DNA of 64,000 nt from Octopus vulgaris (Eukaryota). The stretch is from NCBI GenBank assembly GCA_951406725.2, contig OX597823.1:22754001-22818000 (forward strand), read 5' to 3'. Both the position numbers and the translations under genes were made by a program. This document shows positions 40,290 through 54,237 of the stretch, one piece after another. A model generated the notes under the pieces. That model made no database searches, was not told where the DNA came from, and worked only from the letters and a program-made list of their open reading frames with translations. Each line of letters opens with the position of its first letter. Positions within the stretch are counted from its first letter, which is position 1.

Positions 40290-40564
40290 TTTTAATACTT
40301 TTTGATAGTTATATATATTTAACTTTTAAAAAAATTAATCAATTAATTAATAAATTAAAAGTTTAAAAGTTTTAAAATTTATAAATTTAAAATTTTAAAA
40401 AGTTATTAAAAAATACAAAAATTTATAAATATAAATTAAAAATTTTAAATTTTAAATTTATATTTTATATATTTTGTATATTATATTAATTATATTTATT
40501 TTTATGTATTGGTTTATGTTTTTCACTGCTTGATTTGCCTAATAGTGGTTTTATCTCTAATGTA

Positions 40565-41100
<536 letters not shown>

Positions 41101-41364
41101 ATATATATATATCAATTCTATCTCTACCTCTACCGCTCTCTGTATATTGTAAAGCGTGACTGCAAGAATTATCCAACCACTCAGTCAACATTTATATCGA
41201 CCATTATGAAAGATATACGAAAATGAAAGTGAAACGAGAAAACCATTCAACAGCGTGAGATTTGTACTGCGGTGTAGGACAACAACACTAGACAAATGTT
41301 TAGGAGGGAAATGTACGCAGAAAATCTTAAAGTCACCTGGTAAGTCAATGTATACAGTATTTTG

Positions 41365-41980
41365 TGTACATGTCTGTGTGTGTGTGTGTGTGAGTGTATC
41401 TGTGCACGCGTGGATATGTGTGTATGTGTGAGTGCAGACGTATGTAGGCATGTGAGTGGATGCGTGTGCGTGTGAGTGTCAGGGTGTGTATGCGTGCGTG
41501 TGCGTGTGTGTATATGTGAGTGTATCTGTGAGTGTAGATCTATATATGTGAGTGTAGATGTGGATATGTGTGTATATGTGTGTGCAGGCGTATGTCGGCG
41601 TGTGGAGGGGTGTGTGCGCATGTGAGCCTCAGGGTGTGTATGCGTGAATGCGTGTGTGTCCATGCGTATGTGAGCCAGTATGTATGTGTATGTGAGTGTA
41701 TGTGTATGTGAGTGTATGTGTATATGCGCACTTGTGTGTGTATGTGTGCCTTTGTGTATGTGTATGTGTGTGTGTATGTGAGTGTACCTGTGCACATGGG
41801 GATATGTGTGTATGTGTGTGTAGGCGAATGTGAGTGGCTGTGTGCGCGTGTGGGCGCCAAGTGTATATGCATGTGTGTGCGTGTGTGTGCCAGTATGTAT
41901 ATGTACGTCAGTGTATGTGTGTATGCGCACATGAGTATGTATGTGTGTCTGTGTGTGTGCGTGTGTGTGTGTGAGAGAGA
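41365..41980. repeat. Degenerate (TG)-rich low-complexity tract
   Basis: Direct reading; explains the His/Thr-rich ORFs. Confidence 0.9.
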
Positions 41981-42233
41981 GAGGTCGTTTTGTAACGGTA
42001 CATTGGAATTTGAAAAAAACTTTAATTAATTTATATATTATCATTGTAATTAAAAGACAAAAATGTTACAGACATGATCCATTCATTGTCATTATTTTCT
42101 GATAAAATGGATTAGTTGATAATATTGAAATTATCTTCTTTGCTTACTATTGTCGGATTTTAATGAAACACAGGGAAATTTTACCACCTAAATGCAAGAA
42201 TAATCTTTGTTAATTGAAGCTTTTCAACTCACT

Positions 42234-43350
42234 GTAGAACAAAAACAACCGACGAGTGTAGATGCGGAGAGAAAGCGATGGTTAGACATGTTCCGTCAAA
42301 TTGCAGACTAGCACTAGAAAGATATACATGGCGGCATAGTCAAGTCCTCGGTGTCATAAGCGCAGCACTCAAGGATAAGATCGAGAAGTACAATAGAGGA
42401 GAATACCCAAAAGTAGAAAAGCGCAGGAGAATATACTTCCACAAGGAGGGGAAAGGTTATAAAACCAGGCCTACAAGTAAAGTATACGAGATAGACGAAA
42501 GATGGAAGGGATACTGGGAGGTGGCCACAGACTTGGAAAGACAAGTGATATTTCCACTAATAAAACAACAAAAAGACCGGAGTTAGTTCTTTGGAACAGA
42601 GACCGGAGAATGTGAATTTTACTAGAACTCACAGTACCTTGGGAAGAGAACATCGGCAATGCAGAGGAGATGAGGTATGAAAAGCTAATCGAAGAATGCA
42701 GAGAACAGGGATGGAATGTCGAATATTATCACCTGGCAGTGGGAGCTAGAGGCTTCATTGAAAAGAAAATGACAACGCTTTTCAAAAGAAGATTTGTTTT
42801 TTCTAGCCCCGAGCTGCGTAAACTAATAAGGAGAGTACAGGAGGCGGTCGAAAAAGCCAGCTTCTATATATGGCTGAAGCGAGAAGACCAAAAATGGCTT
42901 GAAAGTTATAAACACGCCGACGGGAAATAACATTATTAGTTGAGACAAGCTGACTGACAGGAGACGGTCGTTTAGAAAAAGCGGGGGCTAAAACTACGCG
43001 CCTTCACTAGTCAGTTAAGGTGAGACAGTGTCACGTGACAACTTGCTGGGGCTGCCTGCTGGAGCCTATGCGGCAGGTATTTAAAGGGAAAATTTGACAA
43101 GACAGTCAGTCACCGGCTGACACTCGCTGACGATACATCGAAGAGGCCAGGGAACAGAAGAAAGAAGACAGAAGACATGCACCCAACACCAGAGCTGAAG
43201 ACACCTCCGAAAGGGGGGGGGGGCACGTCAAAACGGTAGAGGAGTAGGGGCCGGAACCGGACGTGGTTCCTCCTGATGATGTCTTGAGCTAACTGGATCC
43301 TATAAAGAGCTGTTGTTGTAGCAGACCACGAAACACGGTTGTAATTCCTT
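42234..43350 (+). mobile_element. 5'-truncated Hero-like RLE non-LTR retrotransposon with long structured 3' UTR
   Basis: CRCGEK..RHVPSNCRLALERYTWRHSQVL knuckle; RPELVLW..LLELTVPWEEN..RYEKL..AVGARGF..AVEKASFYIWLKR endonuclease; frameshift and stop near 42575-42615; possible TSD ACTCACT (42227-42233 and 43351-43357). Confidence 0.85.
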
Positions 43351-44313
43351 ACTCACTATATCATTTTATTTATAATATATTTCTATAAATTTCATACGCA
43401 ACCTATATAAAACTATACCGGTATATTTCACTATATATTTTATATTACAAGAAATATGCTCTAAAATTATTAGCATATAAAAAATATATAAATTTTCAAC
43501 ATATTCTTTTAATTTAACTTGTTAATACCAAAAGTTCCTATTTAATAACTAACTATAAATATATGTTAAGTTAGTATAGAAATATATAAATATGGAATTA
43601 TTTCTATATTCTCCATCACTCTATTGTGAAAAATACTGAAATTCTTCTGATTTCTTTTTTTTTTGTGTGAAAATAATTCTCTAAAATGTACCTATGTATA
43701 TAAAAATAACACTGGGTTGTCAAATAGTTAAGTATTATAAGTTTTACTCTCCCTACCCAATCAAATTTTGGCTGAAATATATTCTTACTGAACCAAATGG
43801 TTTTACTTCAAAGAAATCTTGATTTATGACTTTGCCACATAAATTGTCTTTTTACCCTATCCATTAAAGATAGGTTCTAGTTTCTATTAGACTTGATAAA
43901 CTAGTCTATAAATTAGAACTAACCCCCTCCCCCATTTGTAAATCTGAATAACAAAATAAAATCAATGATAAGCAGTCTTCCCGTGAAAAAATATCAGTTA
44001 CAACTATGATGTCGTTGATGAAACATGTTCTTTGTCGATCTACTTATCCTCTTTGTGATTTTGGATAATAAGAAAACTATACAAATGAATCCTTCGAATT
44101 TAACTAAATTCTATATTCTTATGCAGCTGAAGATTGCTCTACGTTTTAAAATTGATGTAATATTTGCATTGTTCAATTAAATGGAGTTGCATGAAACGAT
44201 CGTACTGCATTACTTCTGGATATCCTTGTTGCTTATTTTGATTATAATCACCCCATTTTGAATACTATACTAAATTCTGGTACCATATTCAACTGAATCT
44301 AAATGTTACCGAA

Positions 44314-44347
<34 letters not shown>

Positions 44348-44439
44348 CACATGTGTCTATAGGTACGTATTTGTATGTATTCGTATGCCACTTTATATTC
44401 TGTGTACATATATATGTGTGTGTGTGAGTATGTATTTGT

Positions 44440-44645
44440 GTGTCTGTGTTTGTCCCCCCGCCATCGCTTGGCAGCCGATGTTGGTGTGCTTACGTGCCCG
44501 TAACCTAGTGGTTCGGCAAAAGAGACCCATAAATTAATTACTCTTCTTACAAAGAATAAGTCCTGGGGTCAATTTGCTCGACTAAAGGCGGTGCTCCAAC
44601 ATGACAGCAGTCAAATGACTGGAACAGGTAAGAAAAATAAAAGAA
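44440..44645 (+). mobile_element. SINE family A, 3' half
   Basis: Colinear with 40895-41095. Confidence 0.8.
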
Positions 44646-46299
44646 TGCTTAAGTGTATGTGCTTCTATATAAGCGTGAGTATTGTTTTGGTTTCATTACA
44701 GTTCATTGAAATAGAAAGCATTCTGAAAAGTAGTAAGAAAATGTGAGTAATATCAAGGTTCATAAGTTTTTGTGTGGTCTTTTGACCTCTTAATCCTATT
44801 TGAAAATTATTGTTCTTCAATACTCTCTGTTGGTTTAATCTTTATATCTCCAGCTGTCTGTTCATTATTGAATTCATTTATATCATATTTTTAATATGTA
44901 CTTTTAAATACTTCTTAGAACCTTTCATTCACTATAATTCCTGTACTTCCTTTTGCTTATCCGTCCTTGTTTTTTTTGTTTCTTTTTTGTTAACATTAAG
45001 GAGAGTCAATTCCCTGAATTTTGGTCTAACACCTTAACTGATATGAATACATGTATTTATTTCTACTGACCACACCAAGCTAATACTATCTAGTCTCAAT
45101 CTTCCATACATTGTATGTATAAAGGAAATATATTGTATTTATACTTAGCAAATTAGTTCAAACCTGTTTTTGGTACATTTTAGCATATTTTCTCCTCTGA
45201 CATCACAATTTGACCCATAGCAGTTTTTCTGCCACAACTTCTCCAACAGCAAATCTATCCAAATATCCGCAACGTAAACAAACTTTCAGAAAAATATATA
45301 GTTTACTAGGGAGAGAATTTGTGGCTTAATCAGATATTTTCTTTGGAAAATCAAAAATTTTAAGAATTTTCCAACTACAGTCTAAGCAAAGTGCAAAAGA
45401 AAATTGCTGATCGAAAACGACCCAGCCGGAATCCTTTTTTGTAGCCTTTTTAGAAACACTTTTTATCACGGCAGTTTTTGTGTTGACATAAGGAAAATTT
45501 GAGGTGGTGAAAATATCTGCAGAAAGCTAACTTTAAATTGACATAATTTTTTCGGTGCTTTTGAATAATTATTTTGTTGTTAAAGCAAAGCTTCACTCTA
45601 GTTTAATGTATTATGTCTTTAAGAAGCAAATTTTTAACTCCAATTTTTGTGAAATATGTCCTCCCTGTCCACTGTGAGGTACGTCCGATTGACTTTCGTA
45701 CAGCTCCATCTTTAGAACCCCCTAATTTGACCAACCTAATGCAAATTTTGCTCATTTCGTAGATTTTTAACCAAAATGCATTGGGTCTATGAAATTTATG
45801 GCTATATTTCTCCATTTTCCAGCTAAATTTTTAGGATGCAGTGTTATAAAATACTCGACTAATAACATATTTTGATGTATGAAAACATTACTTTTATATA
45901 TTGCAACTTTGTCTAAAATAAGTTAAAATATGTATTTACAAAAAATGATAAGTGGAAAATCATCTGCGTGCACCGAATATAACCTCCAGAGATGGAAAAT
46001 CACGGGTAAGTGATATGTTACTGTAGAAAATTTTCCGTTCATGTATGTTACTTTACAAACATACATGATAGTGATGCACGGCATGATAATGATTCACAGT
46101 GCCATTATACAAAAGCAGTGTTTGAAAATCTTCTTAGTATTTGAGATATTTCATTATATATTGCTCGAACAAGAATTAATACACACTGTAAGGATAACGT
46201 TATGAAATGTAGGCCTACTAAAACTTAAACAAGAGAGTTAAAGGTTCGCATTCAAATACTAGCCAATGTCAATCTTAAAATAAGACAAGAATATCTTGG

Positions 46300-46920
46300 T
46301 AGAAGGTGCCTGAAAGAATATATTTATGAGTTGAACAGAAAATGGCACCCCTGTATAAAGCAACGAAGGAGAAACTGGCATTACTTGTTGCCAATAGAGT
46401 TGGGAACTTTAAACTGAAACCAATGATAGTTCATCACTCTGAAAATCCGAAAGTTTGGAAAGAAACACTATAGAAATGATGTCAGTCATTTGGAAAGTAA
46501 ACGAAAAAACTTGCGATACGGCATTTATATTTAAAAATTGTTTATGTTTAAAAATGTTCATTATGTTCCTTGCAGTTAAAGAATATTGTATCAGAAATGA
46601 TTTATGATTTAACGCGGTGCTCGTAGTATTAGATAATGTTCATGGGTATCCAAAAAAATTCTGTTATTTTTATTCAGTAATTAAAAAGGTTATTTTGCGT
46701 TCAAACGCCACAAGCCACTAGATCAAACAGTATTATCAATCTTCAAGATCTATTACTGTAGGAAAACATGTTAAATAAGCTAACAACACATCTGATAAAG
46801 AAGATCGTGGCAACTTAAAAGATTTCCAGAAAAGAAGTAATATCTAGAGTGCTATCAATGATATTAGATTCACTCGAGAGGAGATAAAAGAATGAATAAT
46901 AGTTGCTGGAAAAATTTATG
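46300..46920 (+). pseudogene. Decayed pogo/Tigger-family transposase
   Basis: APLYKATKEKLALL..GNFKLKPMIVHHSENPK; PAVKEYC..LVVLDNVHGYP; PLDQ. Confidence 0.7.
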
Positions 46921-47909
46921 CTAAAATATCAAACTTTAAACCATTTTGATATCATACTTCCGTGGAAATACACTGCCTTTGTTTCAAATAATTTTGAAAG
47001 TAATTAAGAATTTAGTAAATAACTTCGTAATTATCAATCTGGTGTTTGGAGCATAAATTAACAGGAAATTTTGATGAAACGTTTTAATTTAGATTACTGG
47101 TAGTATCATAACACCAGGAGAGTTCTCAGGTGCCTTTGTAACAAAAGGGTTAGATTTTGAGGATAATTCTGAAGCTGTTACAGAGGAACGTTGTTCAGCT
47201 TATAGATAAGCTTGGCTCACAAGTAACCACTGAAGAAGTAAACGAGATAATTGTACCTTATTCATAGCCTCTAATTTTGAACGAAACAACTTTGACTTGT
47301 TAGAAAAGAAAAATGATGAAATAGTGCTAACTTAATATATGACCTTCACTAGACTTGGAGGCTGATTCACGTTCATGATGGTCTGGGGTTTATGCTCCAG
47401 ACTCTAGTTGTAGGTCAATACAAGGCTTTGATCATTTTGGGGGGTTTGGGGGGGGGGTTACATTTATTGATTAACCGAAAGTTGTAGCTGCATATCGAAA
47501 ATGATGTGTAATATTTTGAATACCATCAGTAGAATTAGATACTAGAGCTGCGTAATCTTTGAAGAGAGGATCGCGAATACACATAACACGATATTAAGAA
47601 TCCATCGTCCACTCTTGAACAGATATACACTACATTTGTGAGCTTGCCATCTTTTCAAATACAGTACCAAGAAATAATTCGTTCTACTGTAGGCACGACG
47701 TCTGTAATTTTGTGGGAGTGGAGAAACTCGATTACGTTAAATTTGAACCCAGGACGTAAAGACAAAAGAATGACATGCAGTTTAGCCTTTTATCTAACGT
47801 GCTAACGATTCAGCCTGTCCACCGCTTTATGCACCCAAAAATAATCCAAATAACCTTGAAGTAAATATACTGCTTTACTTTACTCCATAAGAGGCTAGAA
47901 AAGTAGCCG

Positions 47910-48540
47910 AGATGTTGCATTTAGGAACTACCTATCTCTGCATATTAGTTCAGAAACATGTATATCTTTTGAATAGAGTCCACAAGCCCTCTTTTCCCAC
48001 ACTGTCGAAAGCCTTCGTAAAATTGATGAATACGATGGAAAATGGAATACGCTATCCAATAAGATTTTCGTAAATGTGAAGCTAGGTGTAAATGATAACA
48101 CTGATGCTTCCATCCATACGAAATCTTCATTTCATTCCATGATGCATTCGCTCAGTTACTTTGCTACAATTTTGCTTGCAATTGAGAGAAAATAGCTTCC
48201 ACACATCTATCGGTAGCTCTTCTATGTGTAAAGGTGGAACTAGGAAATGTTATTGCAATGCCAACATTCTCTAGAGAATTGGAGAACTTTACAGTGCAAA
48301 TAGGAATACTGACATGACACAAAACTGGACAAAACTCTTGATCTCAACACCAAGAGCTTTTCCCGGTTCGGATATGTGGGTGTCAGGTATTGCCCCCGCC
48401 CTATATTTGGCTTCGAGAAATTGTCGCATACTTTCGAAATTTTCACGAGAAATTGTTGAGAGACAGGTCAGTAGCTCACTAAAATGCCACGTCAATACTT
48501 CAGGATCTCACCTTTATTTGTGTTGAATATTGAACCATGC
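47910..48540 (-). mobile_element. RTE-like LINE RT fragment (decayed)
   Basis: SIASKIVAK..IVFINFTKAFDSVGKEGLWTLFKRY. Confidence 0.65.
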
Positions 48541-49005
48541 TTAATCTTTATTGGTGTCTATCAGGGATGGAGGTATACCTACCACAGACCAGCACAGAAA
48601 ACCTTCACATTATAAGAATCACTTAGAGCTAAATTTTCATTCACCTTCTTGTCTCACCATCGACTTTCAACTACGTCCTTCAGATACAAGCTATCATTCT
48701 ATCTCTATTTCATTTTATCAAACGAATGTACTACTATTTATTTCTCCAAAGTTAACTTACTGCTTAATTCATTCCACAAACTTATCCTCCGGCCAAACAG
48801 CTCAGTTTATTACTCTCGCCTATTCCAACACCGTTCTTCCCTTTCCGAACATAATGGGATAGGATAAGGTTCAATCTGAACCATATCTTTTATCTTTTAT
48901 CTTTTATATTTTACTTGTTTCAATCATTGAACTTACGGCCAAGCAGGGACAACATGAAGGGTTTAGTCGAGCAAACTGACCCCAGCACTTACATATATAG
49001 ATAAA

Positions 49006-49345
49006 TCTCTTATGATAAAAGACAGATTTTCTCTGCCTGTTCCCATGTTTCTTTTTAATACAATTCTACGATATAGAATTTCTTCAATTGGAATTTACCT
49101 ATGATTTTTCCAAGTAGATTCGATTGGCTCATGGCATGTAAAGTTTTTTCAATTTGACACCCCAATTAAGCAAAAATTCGAGAAAACTCAATATTTTACG
49201 ATTTACCTCTCTGATTTCAAGTGGTTTACTCCTGATATTACCACCACACTTTCTTCTGCTTTGTCTTTGCAAGTGTGAAACTATTAAAGTGAAAGTATTT
49301 ATATAACAGGGATGAGCCATTAATACTGGTCATCCTTTTTGCTAG
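49006..49345 (+). mobile_element. Probable non-autonomous Helitron
   Basis: A|TCTCTTATGATAAAAG start; subterminal hairpin GGATGAgCCA..TGGTCATCC then TTTTTGCTAG. The base after CTAG is A rather than T. Confidence 0.5.
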
Positions 49346-50159
49346 AGGAAGATCCGCTATGGTCTTATATGCTACACCACTGGTTTTCAATTCATATTAA
49401 TCAAATTAATATTCAATTTTTGTCCCTTATTATATGTGTGTGTGTGTGTGTGTGTATTAGCAATTCGTATAAAATTGCATCAATGACTTGAACTTGAATA
49501 AGTGGTTTCACATAAATGAGGATAAATTAAAAAGGTTTGTTGTTATTATTATTACTGTTTGACTATTGTAATCACGTTTGTTGGTTCCTCATCAGGGAAA
49601 CGTTGTTGTGTTGCATTTGTTAAATAATTGTAAACCGTAATCCTCCCCCTTTCAGAGAAGGGGCTTTGGTTATTGTTTAAAACTTGAATTGTGTCCCTTT
49701 TTTGGGGAAATTGACAATATTTTCACCGTCTTTACGGAAGCATTTTTGTTAAAATGCCTTCGATAGATGAAAGTAAAAAAATGAATTTCGCTGCAGCCGT
49801 AACTTCTATACAAGAGGGAGGACAAGATCCAATTGATCGAAATTGCAAGAGAAAGGCCTACAATTCCAGTCTCTTATATATTTTGAGTATTGTTATCACT
49901 AGCGATATCAAGATATAACTTTGTATTTTGTATTTTATGTGTAGATGTATATATATAGATGTACATGTAATATGTACATATATATATATACACATATATA
50001 CATGCATAATATATCTACCCATACACACATACGCACACACACACATACATAGAGGCAGGTGTGGATGTGTGGTAACAAACTACGTTCCAAACACATGGTC
50101 CTCGGTTCAGTCCCACTGTGTGGTGACTTGGCATATGTAGGCACAAATACTCTGTCTTC

Positions 50160-51047
50160 ACATTTGCTGCGTGAGACATGTTTTAATGTTGACGAGCTTG
50201 CCGAGTACATAGCCGACAATGAGCCAAAGCTCCTCCCAGAACAGAAGTTCGCTTACAACTCCGTTGTTAATTCAGTCCGGGCCAAAGCTGGGGGGATTTT
50301 TTTCCTGGACACTCCTGGGGGCACTGGGAAAACTTTTGTCAACAAATTAATATTGGCTGAGATTAGGCGAACACAAGGCATTGCCCTAGCTGTGGCATCA
50401 TCTGGAATTGCGGCTACTTTGTTGCCAGGCGGCAGGACAGCTCACTCCACTTTCAAGCACCCGCTTGACTTAGCGAAGACTGAGACACCAACTTGCAACA
50501 TCAGTAACAGCTCCGATCAGGCAGAAGTCTTCAGACGATGCAAGCTTATCGTTTGGGATGAATGCACGATGGCCCACAGACGTGCTCTTCAGGCACTAGA
50601 TAGATCTCTCAGAGACATCAAACACTCTTCAGCTCCCATGGGAGGCATAACACTTCTTCTTTCAGGGGACTTCTGACAAACACTTCCCGTTATTCCCAAA
50701 GGGACTACAGCTGATGCAGTAAGTGCGTGTCTTAAGTCATCCACATTATGGCCACTGGTGAAGACTCTCAAACTTCACACCAATATGTATGCTCATATGC
50801 GACGTGATATCACATCAGCAGCATTTTCTCACACTCTCCTTGCACTTGGCGAAGGCAAAATACCAGGGAATGAAAATGGTAATATTGCCATCGATTCTAT
50901 TTGTACCATTGTTAAAACGCCTTCTGATCTCAGAGATGCAGTGTTCCCAGATCTACAAGCTAATTATCAGAATATGGATTTGATTGGCCAAAGGGCTATT
51001 CTGGCCTCGAGGAATAAAGCTGTTCACCATATTAATGGTGAAATGCT
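50160..51047 (+). pseudogene. Helitron PIF1-helicase fragment (related but distinct family)
   Basis: GGIFFLDTPGGTGKTFV, IVWDECTMAH, SGDF*QTLPVIPKG (TGA at 50674-50676 replaces Arg); colinear with the RepHel helicase. Confidence 0.92.
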
Positions 51048-51088
51048 ATTTGGCATTAGAATTTTTTCTTTTGCCCTTGTTTATAAGT

Positions 51089-51150
<62 letters not shown>

Positions 51151-51153
<3 letters not shown>

Positions 51154-51590
51154 GTAGGGAATATAATTCCAAAACTTACAGGGGGAAATTCAATTTAACA
51201 ATTTTAAATCAAATTTCACAATATATATGTATATAATTTAGAGAAAAACCTCTGTTAAACAATTCAATAAAGAAAGATGCTATTCGCGCCATATAGAAAA
51301 CATTATTTTTTATTATTTATTATCTTAGACCTGATGAGTGACTATTTTAAACAGAATTAATTTTAGTTCGATTTAATTTTGGATCGAATTGATTTTATTA
51401 TTATTATCTATTTGAAAATATAGCCACGAAACGCGCGTAGTCTTCTTACTACTATTTACTATTAATTGTACTTTATTGATTTTAAAAATAAGTTTTTTTA
51501 TAGTATGTTTTCTATATGGTGTGAATAACATCTTTCTTTATTCAATTGTTTAATAGAAGTTTTTCTCTAAATTATATACATATATTATAT
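51151..51590. mobile_element. HHR-bearing module with outward-facing ~80-bp inverted repeats (probable PLE pLTR pair)
   Basis: 51223-51303 is the reverse complement of 51505-51585; the left arm has an extra ~70-bp tail running into (TA)n. Confidence 0.7.
51327..51443 (+). ncRNA. Type I hammerhead ribozyme with ~90-nt stem II
   Basis: AGAC CUGAUGA GUGaCUAU..(AU-rich hairpin)..AUAGcCAC GAAA CG cg CG UA GUCU; canonical core; palindromic stem III ACGCGCGU; predicted cleavage after 51439. Confidence 0.8.
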
Positions 51591-51595
51591 ATATA

Positions 51596-51848
51596 CTCCT
51601 TACTTGTTTCAGTCATTTGACTGTGGCCATGCTAGAGTACCGACTTTAGTCGAGCGAATCGACTCCAGGACTTATTCTTTGTAAACCTAGCACTTATTCT
51701 ATCGGTTTCTTCTGCCGGACCGCTAAGTTACGGGGACCTAAACACACCGGCATCAGTTGTCAAGCGATGTTGAGGCGACAAACACAGATACACAAACATA
51801 TACATATACACACACAAACACACACACACACATATATATATATAAATG

Positions 51849-51926
<78 letters not shown>

Positions 51927-52356
51927 CACATACACACAGACACACACACACATATATATATACTCTTTTACTTGTTTCAGTCATTTGACTGCGGCCATGC
52001 TGGAGCACCGCCTTTAATCGAGCAACTCGACCTCGGGACTTATTCTTTTGTAAGACCAGTACTTATTCTATCGGTCTCTTTTGCCGAACCGCTAAGTAAC
52101 GGGGACATAAACACACCAGCATCGGTTGTCAAGCAATGCTAGGGGGACAAACACAGACACACAAACACACACACGCATACATATATATATACATATATAC
52201 GGCGGGCTTCTTTCAGTTTCCGTCTACCAAATCCACTCACAAGGCATTGGTCGGCCCGAGGCTATAGTAGAAGACACTTGCCCAAGATGCCACGCAGTGG
52301 GACTGAACCCGGAACTATGTGGTTGGTAAACAAGCTACTTACCACACAGCCGCTCC
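51596..52356 (-). mobile_element. Two SINE family A copies (3' half at 51596-51790; full-length at 51962-52356)
   Basis: Reverse complements of 40686-41100. Confidence 0.88.
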
Positions 52357-52454
52357 TGTATATATACATACAATGGGCTTTTACATAGTTTCCATCTACC
52401 AAGGCATTGATAGACCTGAGGTTATAGATTGTAGTAGAGGACAAGAATCGTCTC

Positions 52455-52655
52455 TTAGAGAGTTGGATTCATAATCGTAAGATTGTGGTTTCGATTCTTG
52501 GACCATGTGATGTGTTGTGTTCTTGAACAAAACACTTCATTTCACGTTGCTCCAGTCCACTCAGCTGGCAAACATGAGTAATCCTGCGACGGACCGGTGT
52601 CCCAGGTGGGAAATATATATGCCATGGAAACCGGGAAACCGGCCCTTATGACTCG
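52455..52655 (+). mobile_element. SINE family C
   Basis: Homologous to 37580-37870. Confidence 0.7.
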
Positions 52656-52662
52656 AGAAGGT

Positions 52663-53077
52663 ATCATACGATCTTGGTTTCCTGGACCTCATCTGTAGGA
52701 AGCGCCAGTCACCGCATGTGAGTCAAATCTCGCTGCCACCATATGCAGAATACCAGCATATTTTCAGGCACAGATGTCGCAAATAGCCAGCAGTCTTATT
52801 AAAAATTAATTATTGGTGACGGAAGCAAGTAATAATACCAAACCGTAATTGTTATATCCAACTTAACAAGGATACCTTGTTAGAAGATCGACTACCATTT
52901 GGTACTAATACTGCTTCCCTCGCTAATAATTAATTTTTGATAAGCCTGCTAGCTATTTGCGATATCAGTGACTGAAAAGTTGATGGTATTCTAGATATCG
53001 TAGCAGCGAGATTTGACTGACATACGGTGACCGGTACTTCATACTGATGAGGTCCAGTAGACCGAAATCACATGTTA
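52663..53077. mobile_element. Foldback element with ~185-bp imperfect inverted arms ending in HHR-like motifs
   Basis: CTGGACCTCATC..GTCAAATCTCGCTGC..CGCAAATAGC..AAAAATTAATTATT is mirrored on the right; the right end reads CTGATGA GGTC cagta GACC GAAA (53044-53067). Confidence 0.75.
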
Positions 53078-54237
53078 TGGGAATTCCGATGCCCTTGACA
53101 GACGAGTCTCGTCAGCTGCAATCTGTGTGTGTGCTTTCATGCACCAAGCGCCTATAGATAGGTAGGTGGGTGGGTAGGTAGGTAGGTAGGTAGATAGAGA
53201 GAGAGAGAGATGGTTGTTACCTCACGTAGCATCTTCATATTTTGGTATTAAAAAACAAAAAACAACTTTTCAAGACTTAAGAAGGCATGTTGTGTATAGT
53301 GGAGAAAGATTACAGATACTATTACAAGGAAAGTGTATCAGGAGAATTCAAAAACAAATGGATGGATGGATGGATGGATGGATGGATGGATATATCTATA
53401 TTAATAAATACCAAAATGAATTTCTGTGTGTCAGTGTATCACAATTTGACCCCCCTCTCTCATTAATCAATGATACTTCGACTATTCCTCCTGCTGGGAT
53501 GAGAGTAATAATAGGCATAGAGACGGTGAGGGCGGTAGTAGATTGATAGTTGTGATTGTAACGAGGTGATAGTAATAGTATGAGCTGTAGTTGAGATAGA
53601 ACCGGAGACAACGGTGATGGTGGTGATGATGGTGGTGGTGGTGGTGGTGGTGGTGGTAGCTTAGGCGGTCGGGGATGATGGTGATAGTAAGTGGTGTGAA
53701 AGACTGTGGTGATGGTGGTGAAGGGGAAGGCGGCGAAGCCAAAAGTATTGATGGCGGTGGCGTCAGAAGTCTGAATGTTGTGTGTATGGCAGTTGCGGTG
53801 GCGATGGTGGTGGTACTGGTGATGGTGTTGATTGAAAGCTATCAACAAAAAAGAAGTGCGAGGAAGAACGAGGTTTAAACAGAAAAAAAAATTGTACTGA
53901 CCCCTGAATGGGAAGACAAAACATGTTGTTTATCATGTGGTTTTGCAATAAGTTCCAAGTCGACAAATTATATCATTGTTTTGATGACAATTCTTTCAAT
54001 ACATCTAGCATCGATTCCCCTTGCTATATACCTAACGATCACTGTGAAAGTTGCCGTGCTTTACCAGTAAGCTACCAGGTGTGAACCGTTCGTTTTATTA
54101 TCCCTTGTGTGTGTGTATGTGTGGGTGTATAATCTTTTGTAAAATTTCCTTGATAGAATCACAATAATTAAAGAAAGTAATAGAAATATTAAAATTACTA
54201 AGTCTCTCTAAAGGAGATTACGGCAGCGTTACTGGAT

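Noticed and set aside
43400-46300. Host exons or a piggyBac-like Cys-rich remnant in the AT-rich stretch
   Set aside because: No convincing ORF, splice-site pair or motif spacing by eye.
49500-49600. Minus-strand CTGATGAGG..GAAAC as a hammerhead or PLE end
   Set aside because: The pairing partner overlaps the core itself and there is no cleavage triplet or stem I; upstream peptide similarity is too weak.
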